A stretch of 64,000 bases of DNA, taken from positions 78,368-142,367 of the forward strand of contig CAVRQK010000018.1 in the NCBI GenBank assembly GCA_963723325.1, written 5' to 3'. The DNA comes from an uncultured Solirubrobacteraceae bacterium (GTDB lineage: Bacteria; Actinomycetota; Thermoleophilia; Solirubrobacterales; Solirubrobacteraceae). The position numbers were made by a program, and so were the translations under genes. Shown one piece after another: positions 1 to 10,226 of the stretch. Position 1 is the stretch's first letter. Each line of letters opens with the position of its first letter. The notes under the pieces are model-generated. The model saw only the letters and a list, made by a program, of their open reading frames with translations, ran no database searches and was not told the DNA's origin.

Positions 1-411
1 CGCCGCCACCAGCGCCGTGGGCGCACCGAACGGGCCGCGCAGCGCCCCGAACAGCAACCCGCAACACGCCACACCGCCCAGCGCCTCGGGCAGATGCAGG
101 CCGACCAAGCCGAATCCCATCACCTTGGTGGCCAGGACCTGCAACCACAGGTCCGTGGGGGGCTTGTCCACCGACACCGTCCCACTGGGCTCTAGCGCTC
201 CAAAGAAGAAGTCGTGCCACGAAGTGCCCATGCTGCGCACGGCCGCGTCGTAGAACACGTTGCCGGCCACGTCGTGGATCAGCCACAGGCGCAGAGCGAA
301 ACCCAGCAGCAGGACCGTCCCGAGCGCAAGCACGCTCGTCATGTGGGCGCTCAGTGCGCCCACCCGCAGCTGCCTCCGGGGTTTCGCAATAGCTGCCGCT
401 CTCACGCCCAT
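1..411 (-). CDS. ArnT/GT39-like (GT-C) membrane glycosyltransferase, 5' part (runs off window start)
   Basis: Manual translation from ATG 411: ...GNVFYDAAVRSMGTSWHDFFFGALEPSGTVSVDKPP..., the typical N-terminal loop motif of actinobacterial ArnT-family proteins; not in ORF track because it has no stop in the window. Confidence 0.8.
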   Translation of the reverse strand, partial: MGVRAAAIAKPRRQLRVGALSAHMTSVLALGTVLLLGFALRLWLIHDVAGNVFYDAAVRSMGTSWHDFFFGALEPSGTVSVDKPPTDLWLQVLATKVMGFGLVGLHLPEALGGVACCGLLFGALRGPFGAPTALVAA

Positions 412-497
412 GATCAGTGGGGCGATCCTCGGGGCGCTATCTAAGCGTCACCTAATCAAGCCATGAGAGATTCCATTTATCAGCCTTCCGGCTCGGC

Positions 498-752
498 CTA
501 TCCGTTGACGAGCAGATAGGACTGGACGCCCTGGACTCCGCCGGTGTGGACCAGCCGCCCGCTCGATCTCATCCGCGAAAGCTGTCCGTCGGGCCGACGC
601 AAGATCGGCGTGCTGCCCCAGATGGCCACCAGCTTGTAGCCCGGCGGCAGCTGCTCGAGCGCCTGCCTCTGGCGCGCCGTCAGGCGCCTCTCGCTTCCCG
701 GCATGTAGCTGCCGGACGTTCCTGACTCGGTTGTGGCGACGGTGGTGGTCAT
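498..752 (-). CDS. small hypothetical protein (84 aa)
   Basis: ORF with AGAGGAG RBS before ATG 752; no recognised motif. Confidence 0.5.
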   Translation of the reverse strand: MTTTVATTESGTSGSYMPGSERRLTARQRQALEQLPPGYKLVAIWGSTPILRRPDGQLSRMRSSGRLVHTGGVQGVQSYLLVNG

Positions 753-1032
753 GGGAGCTCCTCTTTGGGTTGCGTTGTCGTCGATCCCCCGCACTTACGG
801 TCTCACTGCCGCTTGACCATCACGTAAAGGTCTTGTGAGATCCCGTTCACGCGCGCTCTTTGCGGGGTTGATGAAGCTGTTGTAGCGGGCCTTCGACGAC
901 CCATTGTTACCAATCTTCATAAACCCAGTTGAAATTATGGTCTTTCTGTTCTACGGTGCTGCACGCAGACCCCAGACAGCGGTTCCACGCCGCTCCAACA
1001 CACCACCCAACGCTCGAAAGGAATCAGAGACC

Positions 1033-2307
1033 ATGACTCAATCCCCAGCATCCAACACCGCCCACAGGGCACTGCGGCGATGGCGCCGCGCGGCCCTGGG
1101 CACAGCTGCCCTGGCGGCCGCAATCGTCCCCGTCGGACTCGCCGGAGCCACCGCCGCGCTTGCCGCACCCACCGCCCCACCGCCGGTGTCCGTCCTGTCA
1201 CCGCACGGTGCCGTCGGGCGCGGAGACATCTTCGTGTCCCCGTTCGGCGACACCAGCACATACGCCAACGGGCCCGAGATCCTGGACGGCAACGGCAGCG
1301 TGGTGTGGTTCAAAGCGGTGCCAGCAGGCCAGGAGGCGGCCGACTTCCGCACCCAGACCTACGACGGGCAGCGCGTGCTGACCTGGTGGCAGGGAACCGG
1401 GCTGGGCGGCCTGTCCAACGGCACCGACTACATCTACAACGACCACTACCAGCAGATCTCCACAGTCAACGCCGGCAACGGGCTCAGCGCAGACGGTCAC
1501 GAGTTCCTGATCACACCGTGGAACACCGCGCTGATCCTGTCCTACACCACTGCCACGGCCGACCTGACCTCGATCGGAGGCCCGGCCAACCAGACGGTCA
1601 TCGACGGCGTGGTGCAGGAGATCGACATCGCCACCGGCAGGGTGATCTTCCAGTGGAACAGCGCCGACCACGTGCCCTACAGCCAGAGCGAGCAGCCGCT
1701 GCCCGCCTCACCGAGCACGCCGTGGGACTGGTTCCACATCAACGCCGTCAAGGTCGACACCAACGGCGCCTTCCTGATCGACGCTCGCAACACGTGGACC
1801 ACGTATGAGGTCAGCCCGTGGAGCGGCAAGATCCTGTGGCAGCTGGGCGGCAAGGACAGCAGCTTCACGCTGCAGGCGGCGCCCGGGCAGACCCTCGACA
1901 GCGCAGGCGAGATCTTCGCCTGGCAGCACGACCCCGAGGGCCTGGGCAACGGCATCTACACGTTCTTCGACAACGAGTCCTCGGGGACGGCACTGCTGCC
2001 GGCCAGCCGCGCGATCACTGTGAGGCTGAACCCGTGGGCGCACACCGCCACGCTGCTCAGCTCCGAGAACCAGCCCGAGGGCTTGGTTGCACCGTCGCAG
2101 GGCGACGCGCAGACCACTGAGGAGCGCAACCTGTTGGTGGGCTGGGGCTCGCTGCCGTACATCTCGGAGTTCGACCCCAACGGGAACCTGCTCTTCAACG
2201 CCGAGTTCCCCGCCGGTGTCAACTCCTACAGGGCCTACCTGCTGCCCTGGGGCCAGGGCCGCTCCGGTGGCTGGCCGTGGGGCCCGGGGGGCCGTGGCAG
2301 CCACTGA
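1033..2307 (+). CDS. secreted arylsulfotransferase (ASST) family protein
   Basis: AAAGGA RBS; Arg-rich signal peptide; DGHEF, WDWFHINAV, WQLGG, WQHD and SYRA motifs. Confidence 0.8.
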   Translation: MTQSPASNTAHRALRRWRRAALGTAALAAAIVPVGLAGATAALAAPTAPPPVSVLSPHGAVGRGDIFVSPFGDTSTYANGPEILDGNGSVVWFKAVPAGQEAADFRTQTYDGQRVLTWWQGTGLGGLSNGTDYIYNDHYQQISTVNAGNGLSADGHEFLITPWNTALILSYTTATADLTSIGGPANQTVIDGVVQEIDIATGRVIFQWNSADHVPYSQSEQPLPASPSTPWDWFHINAVKVDTNGAFLIDARNTWTTYEVSPWSGKILWQLGGKDSSFTLQAAPGQTLDSAGEIFAWQHDPEGLGNGIYTFFDNESSGTALLPASRAITVRLNPWAHTATLLSSENQPEGLVAPSQGDAQTTEERNLLVGWGSLPYISEFDPNGNLLFNAEFPAGVNSYRAYLLPWGQGRSGGWPWGPGGRGSH

Positions 2308-2337
2308 CCTGACGCGGCAGGCGCCAGCTGCTGTGTC

Positions 2338-3666
<1,329 letters not shown>

Positions 3667-3691
3667 TTACGGACGGACGCCGATCGGACCG

Positions 3692-4474
3692 TCAGCCGGC
3701 CTGTCCGACGGCCTCGCCGGCCGTCGCGCGGAACTCGCGCCGCTTGTCCTCGCCGTACAGCGGGATCAGATCGCCGCAGATCTGCACCAGCCTCGACACG
3801 GTGCGCGCGCCCAGGCGCTCGGACAGCTCGTCGGGCATCAGATTGGTCGTGGCCACGATCGCCCGCTCGGCCTCATAGCGCGAGTTCACGATCGAATACA
3901 GCTGCTCGAGCACCCAGTCGGTGCGGTTCTCCGCCCCCAGATCGTCGATGTGCAGCAGATCCACAGCGGTCAGGCGGTCCATGAAGTCGAGCTTGCCCTC
4001 CACCGAGTCCATCGACTCGCGCAGCAGGTTCAGAAGCCGCGGCAGCGAGTAGATCGCCACCGAGCGTCCCGCGTCGAGTGCCGCCTTGGACACCAGCATC
4101 GCAAGCGTGGTCTTGCCCGTGCCCACGTCGCCCTGGATCCACAGCCCGCGCCCGGTGTCCAGGTTCTGCTCGATCGAGCCCACATACCGGCGCACCGCGC
4201 GGATCTGATCGGGCGCCGTCCTGGCGATGTCGCTGACCGGCGGGCGCTCGAAGGATACGCCCTGATAGCGCCGCGGAATCCGTCCCGCAAGGCTCTTGGT
4301 GCGCGCGCCCGCAATCCGCGCCGCCCGGCAGGCGCAGTCGCTGGCCGTGTTGGTGGCCTCGTCGATCACGAAGCCGCTGCCGTCGCAGATACCCAGCGGG
4401 CAGCGCGGTTCGCCGCCCCGCCCGCCGGTGATCCGCTGTGCGCGCACCGTCGGCTGCAGATCCTCGGCGCTCAC
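3692..4474 (-). CDS. DnaC/IstB-like AAA+ ATPase with N-terminal Cys cluster (putative helicase loader)
   Basis: GTG overlaps dnaB TGA (GTGA); CPLGICDGSG...CAC; Walker A GDVGTGKT; Walker B LLHIDDLG; TTN and SRL motifs. Confidence 0.8.
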   Translation of the reverse strand: MSAEDLQPTVRAQRITGGRGGEPRCPLGICDGSGFVIDEATNTASDCACRAARIAGARTKSLAGRIPRRYQGVSFERPPVSDIARTAPDQIRAVRRYVGSIEQNLDTGRGLWIQGDVGTGKTTLAMLVSKAALDAGRSVAIYSLPRLLNLLRESMDSVEGKLDFMDRLTAVDLLHIDDLGAENRTDWVLEQLYSIVNSRYEAERAIVATTNLMPDELSERLGARTVSRLVQICGDLIPLYGEDKRREFRATAGEAVGQAG

Positions 4475-5855
4475 TGTTCGTAGCGCTCGCCTGCATAGTT
4501 CATGAACTTGGGGTACTCCTTCTGGAACGTCAGCGTCACTTTGCCGACCGCCCCGTTGCGATGCTTGGCGATGATCAGGTCGGCCTCGCCTGGGCGTTCT
4601 GAGTCCTCGTTGTAGTACTCGTCGCGGTAGATGAACATCACCAGGTCGGAGTCTTGCTCCAGGTTTCCACTCTCGCGCAGGTCCGACAGCTGCGGGCGCT
4701 TGTCCGGGCGCGTCTCCACCGCGCGGCTCAGCTGCGACAGCGCGATCACCGGCACGCCCAGCTCGCGCGCGAGGATCTTCAGTCCACGGCTGAGCTCGCC
4801 CACGGCCGTCACGCGGCTGTCGTAGCGGCTGTCGGTGCGCATCAGCTGCAGGTAGTCGATGATGATCAGGCCCAGCCCGCCCTCGCACTGGCTGTGCAGG
4901 CGCCGCGCCTTGGCGCGGATCTCCAGCATGCCCACGTCGCTGGAGTCATCCACCCACAGCGGTGCCGCCGCCAGGCGCTGGCTGGCTCCGAGGATCTTCG
5001 GCCAGCGCTGCTCGGCCACCCGGCCCTTGCGCAGCTCCTCGCCCTTGATGCGCGCCTGCGAGGCCACGAAGCGCTGCGCCAGCTCCGCCTCGGCCATCTC
5101 CAGCGAGAACAGCGCGACGGGCTTCTTGTGAGTCCACCGACGCGTTCTCCGCGATGTTGCACACCAGCGCGCTCTTGCCCATCGCAGGGCGCGCCGCGAT
5201 GATGATCAGGTTCCCCGGCTGGAAGCCGCCGGTGATCTCGTCGAGGTCCTTGAAGCCGGACGGCGTGCCCGTCAGCGACGTGCCCTCCAGCGACAGGCGG
5301 TGCAGCTTGTCGAGCTCCTCGTGCAGCACCTCCTCGATCGCGCGGAAGTCCTGCTGGCGATCGTCGCGCCCGACCTCCAGCATCGCCTTCTCGGCCTGCT
5401 CCACCAGCTCGCGCGGTGGTGCGTCGTGGCCCAGCACGCTCTCCTGGATCTCATACGAGGTCTTCAGCAGCCGCCTCAGCAGCGCGTTCTCGCGCACGAT
5501 CTGCGCATAGCGGCGCGCGTGCCCTGCGGCCGGAACCACGCCCGTCAGCTCGTCCACCGTCGCCGGGCCCCCCACGTCCGCCAGCTTGCCCACCTGGCGC
5601 AGCCGGTCGGTCACCGTCAGCACGTCCACCGGCTCGCTCTCGTTGTACAGCGCCAGCATCGCCTCGTAGATCAACGCCGTGGCGCTCGCGGTAGAAGTCG
5701 TCCGCCCGCAGCCCCTCTTCGATCACCAGCGCATACAGCGAGCGGTCCGACAGCAGGATCGCCCCAAGCACCGACTGCTCAGCGTCGAGGTTGTGCGGCG
5801 GAGTGATAGCGCCGGCAGAAGCGCTGTGGGAGCCGTTGGTCGTAGCAGTACTCAT
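4471..5855 (-). CDS. dnaB: replicative DNA helicase (two apparent single-base insertions near 5675 and 5130)
   Basis: PPHNLDAEQSVLG, AARPAMGKS, IIIDYLQLM and LSDLRESGNLEQDSD distributed over three frames. Confidence 0.95.
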
Positions 5856-5941
5856 AGGTCGGGCGAGTCTAGGCCCGGCGCCCTCCCGACCCGGAGGGTG
5901 TCCCCGCAAATCGCGAGAGGAATAACTAACCGCAGCGCTCA

Positions 5942-5955
5942 CGAACAAATGTTCG
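5942..5955. promoter_or_regulatory. LexA (Gram-positive SOS) box upstream of dnaB
   Basis: Perfect CGAAC-AAAT-GTTCG; second near-site GAAC-GGAC-GTTT at 6019-6030. Confidence 0.7.
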
Positions 5956-6076
5956 CATCAAGGCCAGACGGAACCCCAACCCGCGTCGTCCAACACCTGC
6001 GCAAAGCGAAGGAGTTGAGAACGGACGTTTCACGGCCGCGAAGCGGCTCGAAACGACCGGGCTCAACTCCGAAGCG

Positions 6077-6529
6077 CTATTTCTTGGCGACGACCATGGT
6101 CTTGATCGTCGCCTGCACGCCCTCGACCACTTCGACCACCACCATGTAGGTGCCCACGTTCTTGATCGGCTCCGGCAGGTGCACGCCGCGTTTGTCGATT
6201 TTCAGACCTCGCGCTTCGCGGATTGCGGTGGCGATGTCCTGACCCGTGACCGAGCCGAACAGGCGTCCGTCCGCGCCCGCCTGCTGCGGGATCGTCAGCA
6301 CGGTGCGGTTGAGCAGGTTGACGTTCTCCTGCGCTTTTTCGACCGCTTCGCGCGCTGCTCGCTCGGCTGCCGCCTGACGCTGGCGGACCGTCTCGATCGC
6401 GCCCTTGGTCGCCGGCTGGGCGAGCTTGCGCGGGAGCAGGTAGTTGCGCAGGTAGCCCTTGGAGACTTCCACGACCTTGCCCTGCTCGCCGAGCTCGTCC
6501 ACATCCTTGAGGAGAATCGCTTCAGGCAT
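6077..6529 (-). CDS. rplI: 50S ribosomal protein L9
   Basis: ILLKDVDELGEQG..V.VSKGYLRNYLLP; GRLFGSVT. Confidence 0.97.
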   Translation of the reverse strand: MPEAILLKDVDELGEQGKVVEVSKGYLRNYLLPRKLAQPATKGAIETVRQRQAAAERAAREAVEKAQENVNLLNRTVLTIPQQAGADGRLFGSVTGQDIATAIREARGLKIDKRGVHLPEPIKNVGTYMVVVEVVEGVQATIKTMVVAKK

Positions 6530-6538
6530 GTCAGCCGC

Positions 6539-6862
6539 CTAACGGTCGCCGCGGTCGCCGCGTTCACGACGGGGGCTGTCGTCGCGACCGCCCTCGTTTA
6601 CGTACGGCAGCAGCGCCAACTCGCGAGCGCGCTTGACCGCACGGGCGATCTGGACCTGGTGGCGCCGGCACGAGCCGGTGATCCTGCGCGAGCGGATCTT
6701 GCCCTTCTCGGAGATGAACTTCTTCAGCGAGGCGACGTCCTTGTAGTCGACCTGGTCGACCTTGTCGCGGCAGTGCTGGCAGGGCTTGCGTCGACCGCTC
6801 CCGGCCGCGCCCTTCTTGTCGCGCCTGCGAACCGGCTTGCCGCGACCACGTGCTTTGGCCAT
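6539..6862 (-). CDS. rpsR: 30S ribosomal protein S18
   Basis: [23 protein letters not shown]; [13 protein letters not shown]. Confidence 0.97.
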   Translation of the reverse strand: MAKARGRGKPVRRRDKKGAAGSGRRKPCQHCRDKVDQVDYKDVASLKKFISEKGKIRSRRITGSCRRHQVQIARAVKRARELALLPYVNEGGRDDSPRRERGDRGDR

Positions 6863-6936
6863 CAGAGTTCTCCGCCGCTACTGCGGTTAGGCTTGGGCAT
6901 GGCTACGGTGGAAAACACTAAGACCTCGCTGTCTGG

Positions 6937-7407
6937 CTAGAACGGAATGTCGTCGTCGCCAGCGCCGCTGGCGACCGGTGCAGGCTGGAAATCCCCTTCG
7001 TTGACGGGGATGTCGTTGCCTCTGGAAGCCCCGTTTCCGGCGAATCCGCCTCCACCGGAGGTCTCATCGCGCGAGCCCAGGAACTGCACCGACTCGGCAA
7101 TGATATCGATTGCCTGGCGCTTTGTCCCGTCCTGCGCCTCCCACTCGCGCCAATCGAGGCGTCCGTCGATGGCCACCGGTCGTCCCTTGGAGAGGTAGCG
7201 CGCGGCGTTCTCACCCTGTGCGCCCCACACCTTGACGTTGAAATAGTTGGGCTTGTCGATCCATTCCCCGCTGGCCTGATCCTTGCGGCGGCCGTTACAA
7301 GCCATGCGAAGCTCGCACACGGACGTTCCGCTGGGGAGCGAACGCAACTCGGGATCGGCGGTCAGGTTTCCGGTGAGCACGACCCGGTTGATGTTGCTGC
7401 CAGCCAT
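6937..7407 (-). CDS. ssb: single-stranded DNA-binding protein
   Basis: INRVVLTGNLTADPELR; C-terminal DDDIPF. Confidence 0.97.
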   Translation of the reverse strand: MAGSNINRVVLTGNLTADPELRSLPSGTSVCELRMACNGRRKDQASGEWIDKPNYFNVKVWGAQGENAARYLSKGRPVAIDGRLDWREWEAQDGTKRQAIDIIAESVQFLGSRDETSGGGGFAGNGASRGNDIPVNEGDFQPAPVASGAGDDDIPF

Positions 7408-7529
7408 GGGCTCTGTTCCTTTCGGCTTGTTCCTCGTGCGTTCTCGCACCTGTGTTTGCGTAGAACTCGATCTTCGAGTCTAGACTGGACTTCGGGCGCT
7501 ATGCGAGCGCCGCGCCCAGCGCACCCCGC

Positions 7530-8183
7530 TTATTGCGAGGATCGCTTCGTGCGCGTGGAGGTACCGAATACCTCATCCCAGTAGGGCGCGCTGATCCCGA
7601 AGCCGCGGGTGTCGTCCTGGAAGTGATGGCGCATGTGGCGCTCGCGCAGCATCCTGCCCAGCCGCCCGCGCGGACGGAAGTGGTGCAGGTAGTAGTGCAT
7701 CATGTCGTAGATCACATAGCCGGTGAAGAAGCCGGCGCCGAGCGCGGGCGCGTAGCGCGAGCCGAAGATCAGATACAGCAGCCCGAACACCGCCAGGCCG
7801 AGCGGGACGCTGACTGCCGGCGGCATCACCAAGCGCAGCGGGTCGTTGGGGTGATCGTGGTGGACGCCGTGGATGATCCAGTGCAGGCGTGCGCCGAGCC
7901 CGTCCTGCGGCTCGAAGTGGAACACGATCCGGTGCAGCCAATACTCGAACAGCGTCCACAGCGCGTAGCCAGCAACCACGAGTGCCAGCACGACCAACAG
8001 GCCCAGCTTGGACAGTCCCCACGCGCTCAGTGCCACGATCGCCGGGACGAACAGGATCACGGGCACTGCCGGGTGCACGCGCGAGAGCGCGTCCAGCGTT
8101 CTCGATTCGAACATCGGCGGTGACGCCCGCAGCACGTCGGTCCTGCTCGCCGACCGTTCGTCGATCTCCTCAGCCCAGCTCAT
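7530..8183 (-). CDS. fatty acid hydroxylase / sterol desaturase family (FA2H/Scs7-like, no b5 domain)
   Basis: His boxes HRIVFH, HGVHH, HYYLHH and HMRHH; RLVMPP. Confidence 0.88.
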   Translation of the reverse strand: MSWAEEIDERSASRTDVLRASPPMFESRTLDALSRVHPAVPVILFVPAIVALSAWGLSKLGLLVVLALVVAGYALWTLFEYWLHRIVFHFEPQDGLGARLHWIIHGVHHDHPNDPLRLVMPPAVSVPLGLAVFGLLYLIFGSRYAPALGAGFFTGYVIYDMMHYYLHHFRPRGRLGRMLRERHMRHHFQDDTRGFGISAPYWDEVFGTSTRTKRSSQ

Positions 8184-8251
8184 AGGCTGATCTTATTACC
8201 CCTCGCCGGCTTGCGTAAGCGTGCGTATTTACTGGAGCGCCCAGTGGGGAA

Positions 8252-8689
8252 CTACGCAGCGGGCTCAGCTACCGCCACTGCGGCCGCGGGCTCGTCTTCG
8301 GGCGCGCTCTCCGGCTGCGCCTCAACCGGCTCGGACTCCGTACGCCTCACGGCTGCTGCCGGCGAGCGCATGTCCGGTGCGTCGGGGACGCCGGGCTTGA
8401 GCTTGATGATGCGAAAGCGCATCAGACCGTCGGTGATCCGCAGCGTACGGTCGAGGTGCTCCAGCAGCTCGCTCTGCGGCGCGTGGAACTGCATCAGGTG
8501 GTACTCGCCGTTGGGCTTGCGGTCGATCGGGTAGGTGAACGCGCGCTCCCCCCACTCGTCGTGGCGCAGCAGCTCGCCCTGAGCCTCGATCGCCGCGCGA
8601 GCGTCCGCCACGATCTTGGCGCGCACGTCGTCCTCGGCCCGAGGGTCGATGATCAGCGTGAGGTCGTATATGGGCGCAGGCAGAGTCAT
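8252..8689 (-). CDS. rpsF: 30S ribosomal protein S6
   Basis: YDLTLIIDP, WGERAFTYPI and LDRTLRITDGLMRF; position in cluster. Confidence 0.93.
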   Translation of the reverse strand: MTLPAPIYDLTLIIDPRAEDDVRAKIVADARAAIEAQGELLRHDEWGERAFTYPIDRKPNGEYHLMQFHAPQSELLEHLDRTLRITDGLMRFRIIKLKPGVPDAPDMRSPAAAVRRTESEPVEAQPESAPEDEPAAAVAVAEPAA

Positions 8690-8759
8690 GGGTCGCTGCG
8701 CGAAAGAGTAGCGGGTCCGGAGCTCCAGGCTCGGTCTCGCCGCGCTTTGCGCACCGCAG

Positions 8760-10226
8760 CTACTGCAGCTTGGCCTTCGCGCGGATGTCCGCCAGCTGCT
8801 CGTCGATCCAGTCGCCGGGGTCGCGTTGGGTCACGATTTCCACCAGCCCGGCCGCTCGGCGCCTGCGCTCGCGCGGCTCCATCGTCAATGCCGCGTAGAT
8901 CGAGTTGGCCAGCTCCTGGATGTCGAACGGGTTGACCGACAGCGCGTACTCGCCGAGCTCCTCGTGGGCGCCGGTGTTCTCCGACAGGATCGAAACGCCC
9001 TCGCGCTCGTTGACGATCGGACCCTCCTTGGCCACCAGGTTCATGCCGTCGAACATGGCGTTGACGAGCAGCACGTCGTAGTGCTTGTAAGCGGCCATCG
9101 CCTCATCGAGGTCGTCGCGCAGCTTCAGCTGGATCGGCATCCAGTCGGGCGTGCCGTGGCGGTGGTTGACGACCGCCACCAGCGCCTCGATGCGCTCCAG
9201 GTACTCCGCGTACTGCGGCACGTCCGTCCGCGACGGCATCAGCTGGGCCATGAACGTCACCCGCTCGCTGAACTCGGGGTGCTGCTCCAGGAACAGGTCG
9301 AACGCGGAGAACCCGCGCAGCACGTTCTTGCTCAGGTCGGCGCGGTCGACGCGCAGGATCATGTAGTCGCGCCGGCGGCGCAGCAGCTCTTGCTCGAACT
9401 CCGCCACGCGCGGGCTCTGTGCGATCTGGCGCGTGGCCTTGTGGTCGATCGGCAGCGGATAGGCGCGCACCCAGATCTCGCGCTCGCCGTAGCGCACCAG
9501 CCCGCGCTCGAAATCCACGTCCAGATCCATCAGGTCGTGGCAGCACTGCAGGAAGTTGTGGCGGTAGGAGCGAGTGTGCAGGCCGATGATGTCGTTGGCC
9601 AGCAGGCCGGCGTAGATCTCCTCGCGGATCCGCGTGGGCAGCACCCGCCAGGAGTCCGGCTGCGTCCACGGGATGTGGATGAAGTGGTGCAGGAACACGT
9701 CCGGGCGCGCCCTGCGGACCAGGTCGGGCAGCGTGTACAGGTGGTAGTCGTGGACCATCACCACCGGTTCCACCGCGCCGTCCAGCTGCTCCACCACCGC
9801 CCGCGCCAGATCCTCGTTGACGACGTTGTAGCCGAACTCGAACGCCTCGATCTCCTCGCGGCGGATGTCCGGCGCGTTGGACAGGTCCCACAGGTAGTGC
9901 TGGATGAACCACAGCATCGGGTTGGCGAACTCGTTGTAGAAGCGGTCGTAGGCGTCGGGGTCGCTGACCACCAGGCGCACCTGATATTCACCGCCCGCCG
10001 GCGAGCGCACGGGGAAGGCGCCGCCGCCGTGCTCGCGCGAGACCTCCGCGTCGAACTCGTTCATGGCCGAAGCGATCCAGATCGCTTCGCGGTGGGAGGC
10101 CAGCCCCGTGAGGGCCGTCACCAGCCCGCCGGAGCCGCGCTGCACCTCCCCGCCGGCTTGAAACGTGACAGGCCCGCGGTTGCTGACCAGCACAAGCGGA
10201 GTCCGCTGTGCCGGCTCCCCGGTCAT
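8760..10226 (-). CDS. otsA: trehalose-6-phosphate synthase (GT20)
   Basis: LVSNRGP, GSGGLVTAL, HDYHL, HIPW, RVDRAD.SKN and DGMNLVAKE. Confidence 0.88.
   Translation of the reverse strand: MTGEPAQRTPLVLVSNRGPVTFQAGGEVQRGSGGLVTALTGLASHREAIWIASAMNEFDAEVSREHGGGAFPVRSPAGGEYQVRLVVSDPDAYDRFYNEFANPMLWFIQHYLWDLSNAPDIRREEIEAFEFGYNVVNEDLARAVVEQLDGAVEPVVMVHDYHLYTLPDLVRRARPDVFLHHFIHIPWTQPDSWRVLPTRIREEIYAGLLANDIIGLHTRSYRHNFLQCCHDLMDLDVDFERGLVRYGEREIWVRAYPLPIDHKATRQIAQSPRVAEFEQELLRRRRDYMILRVDRADLSKNVLRGFSAFDLFLEQHPEFSERVTFMAQLMPSRTDVPQYAEYLERIEALVAVVNHRHGTPDWMPIQLKLRDDLDEAMAAYKHYDVLLVNAMFDGMNLVAKEGPIVNEREGVSILSENTGAHEELGEYALSVNPFDIQELANSIYAALTMEPRERRRRAAGLVEIVTQRDPGDWIDEQLADIRAKAKLQ

Noticed and set aside
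3692-4474. IS21 element (IstB)
   Set aside because: No istA transposase, terminal inverted repeats or target duplication; gene is coupled to dnaB
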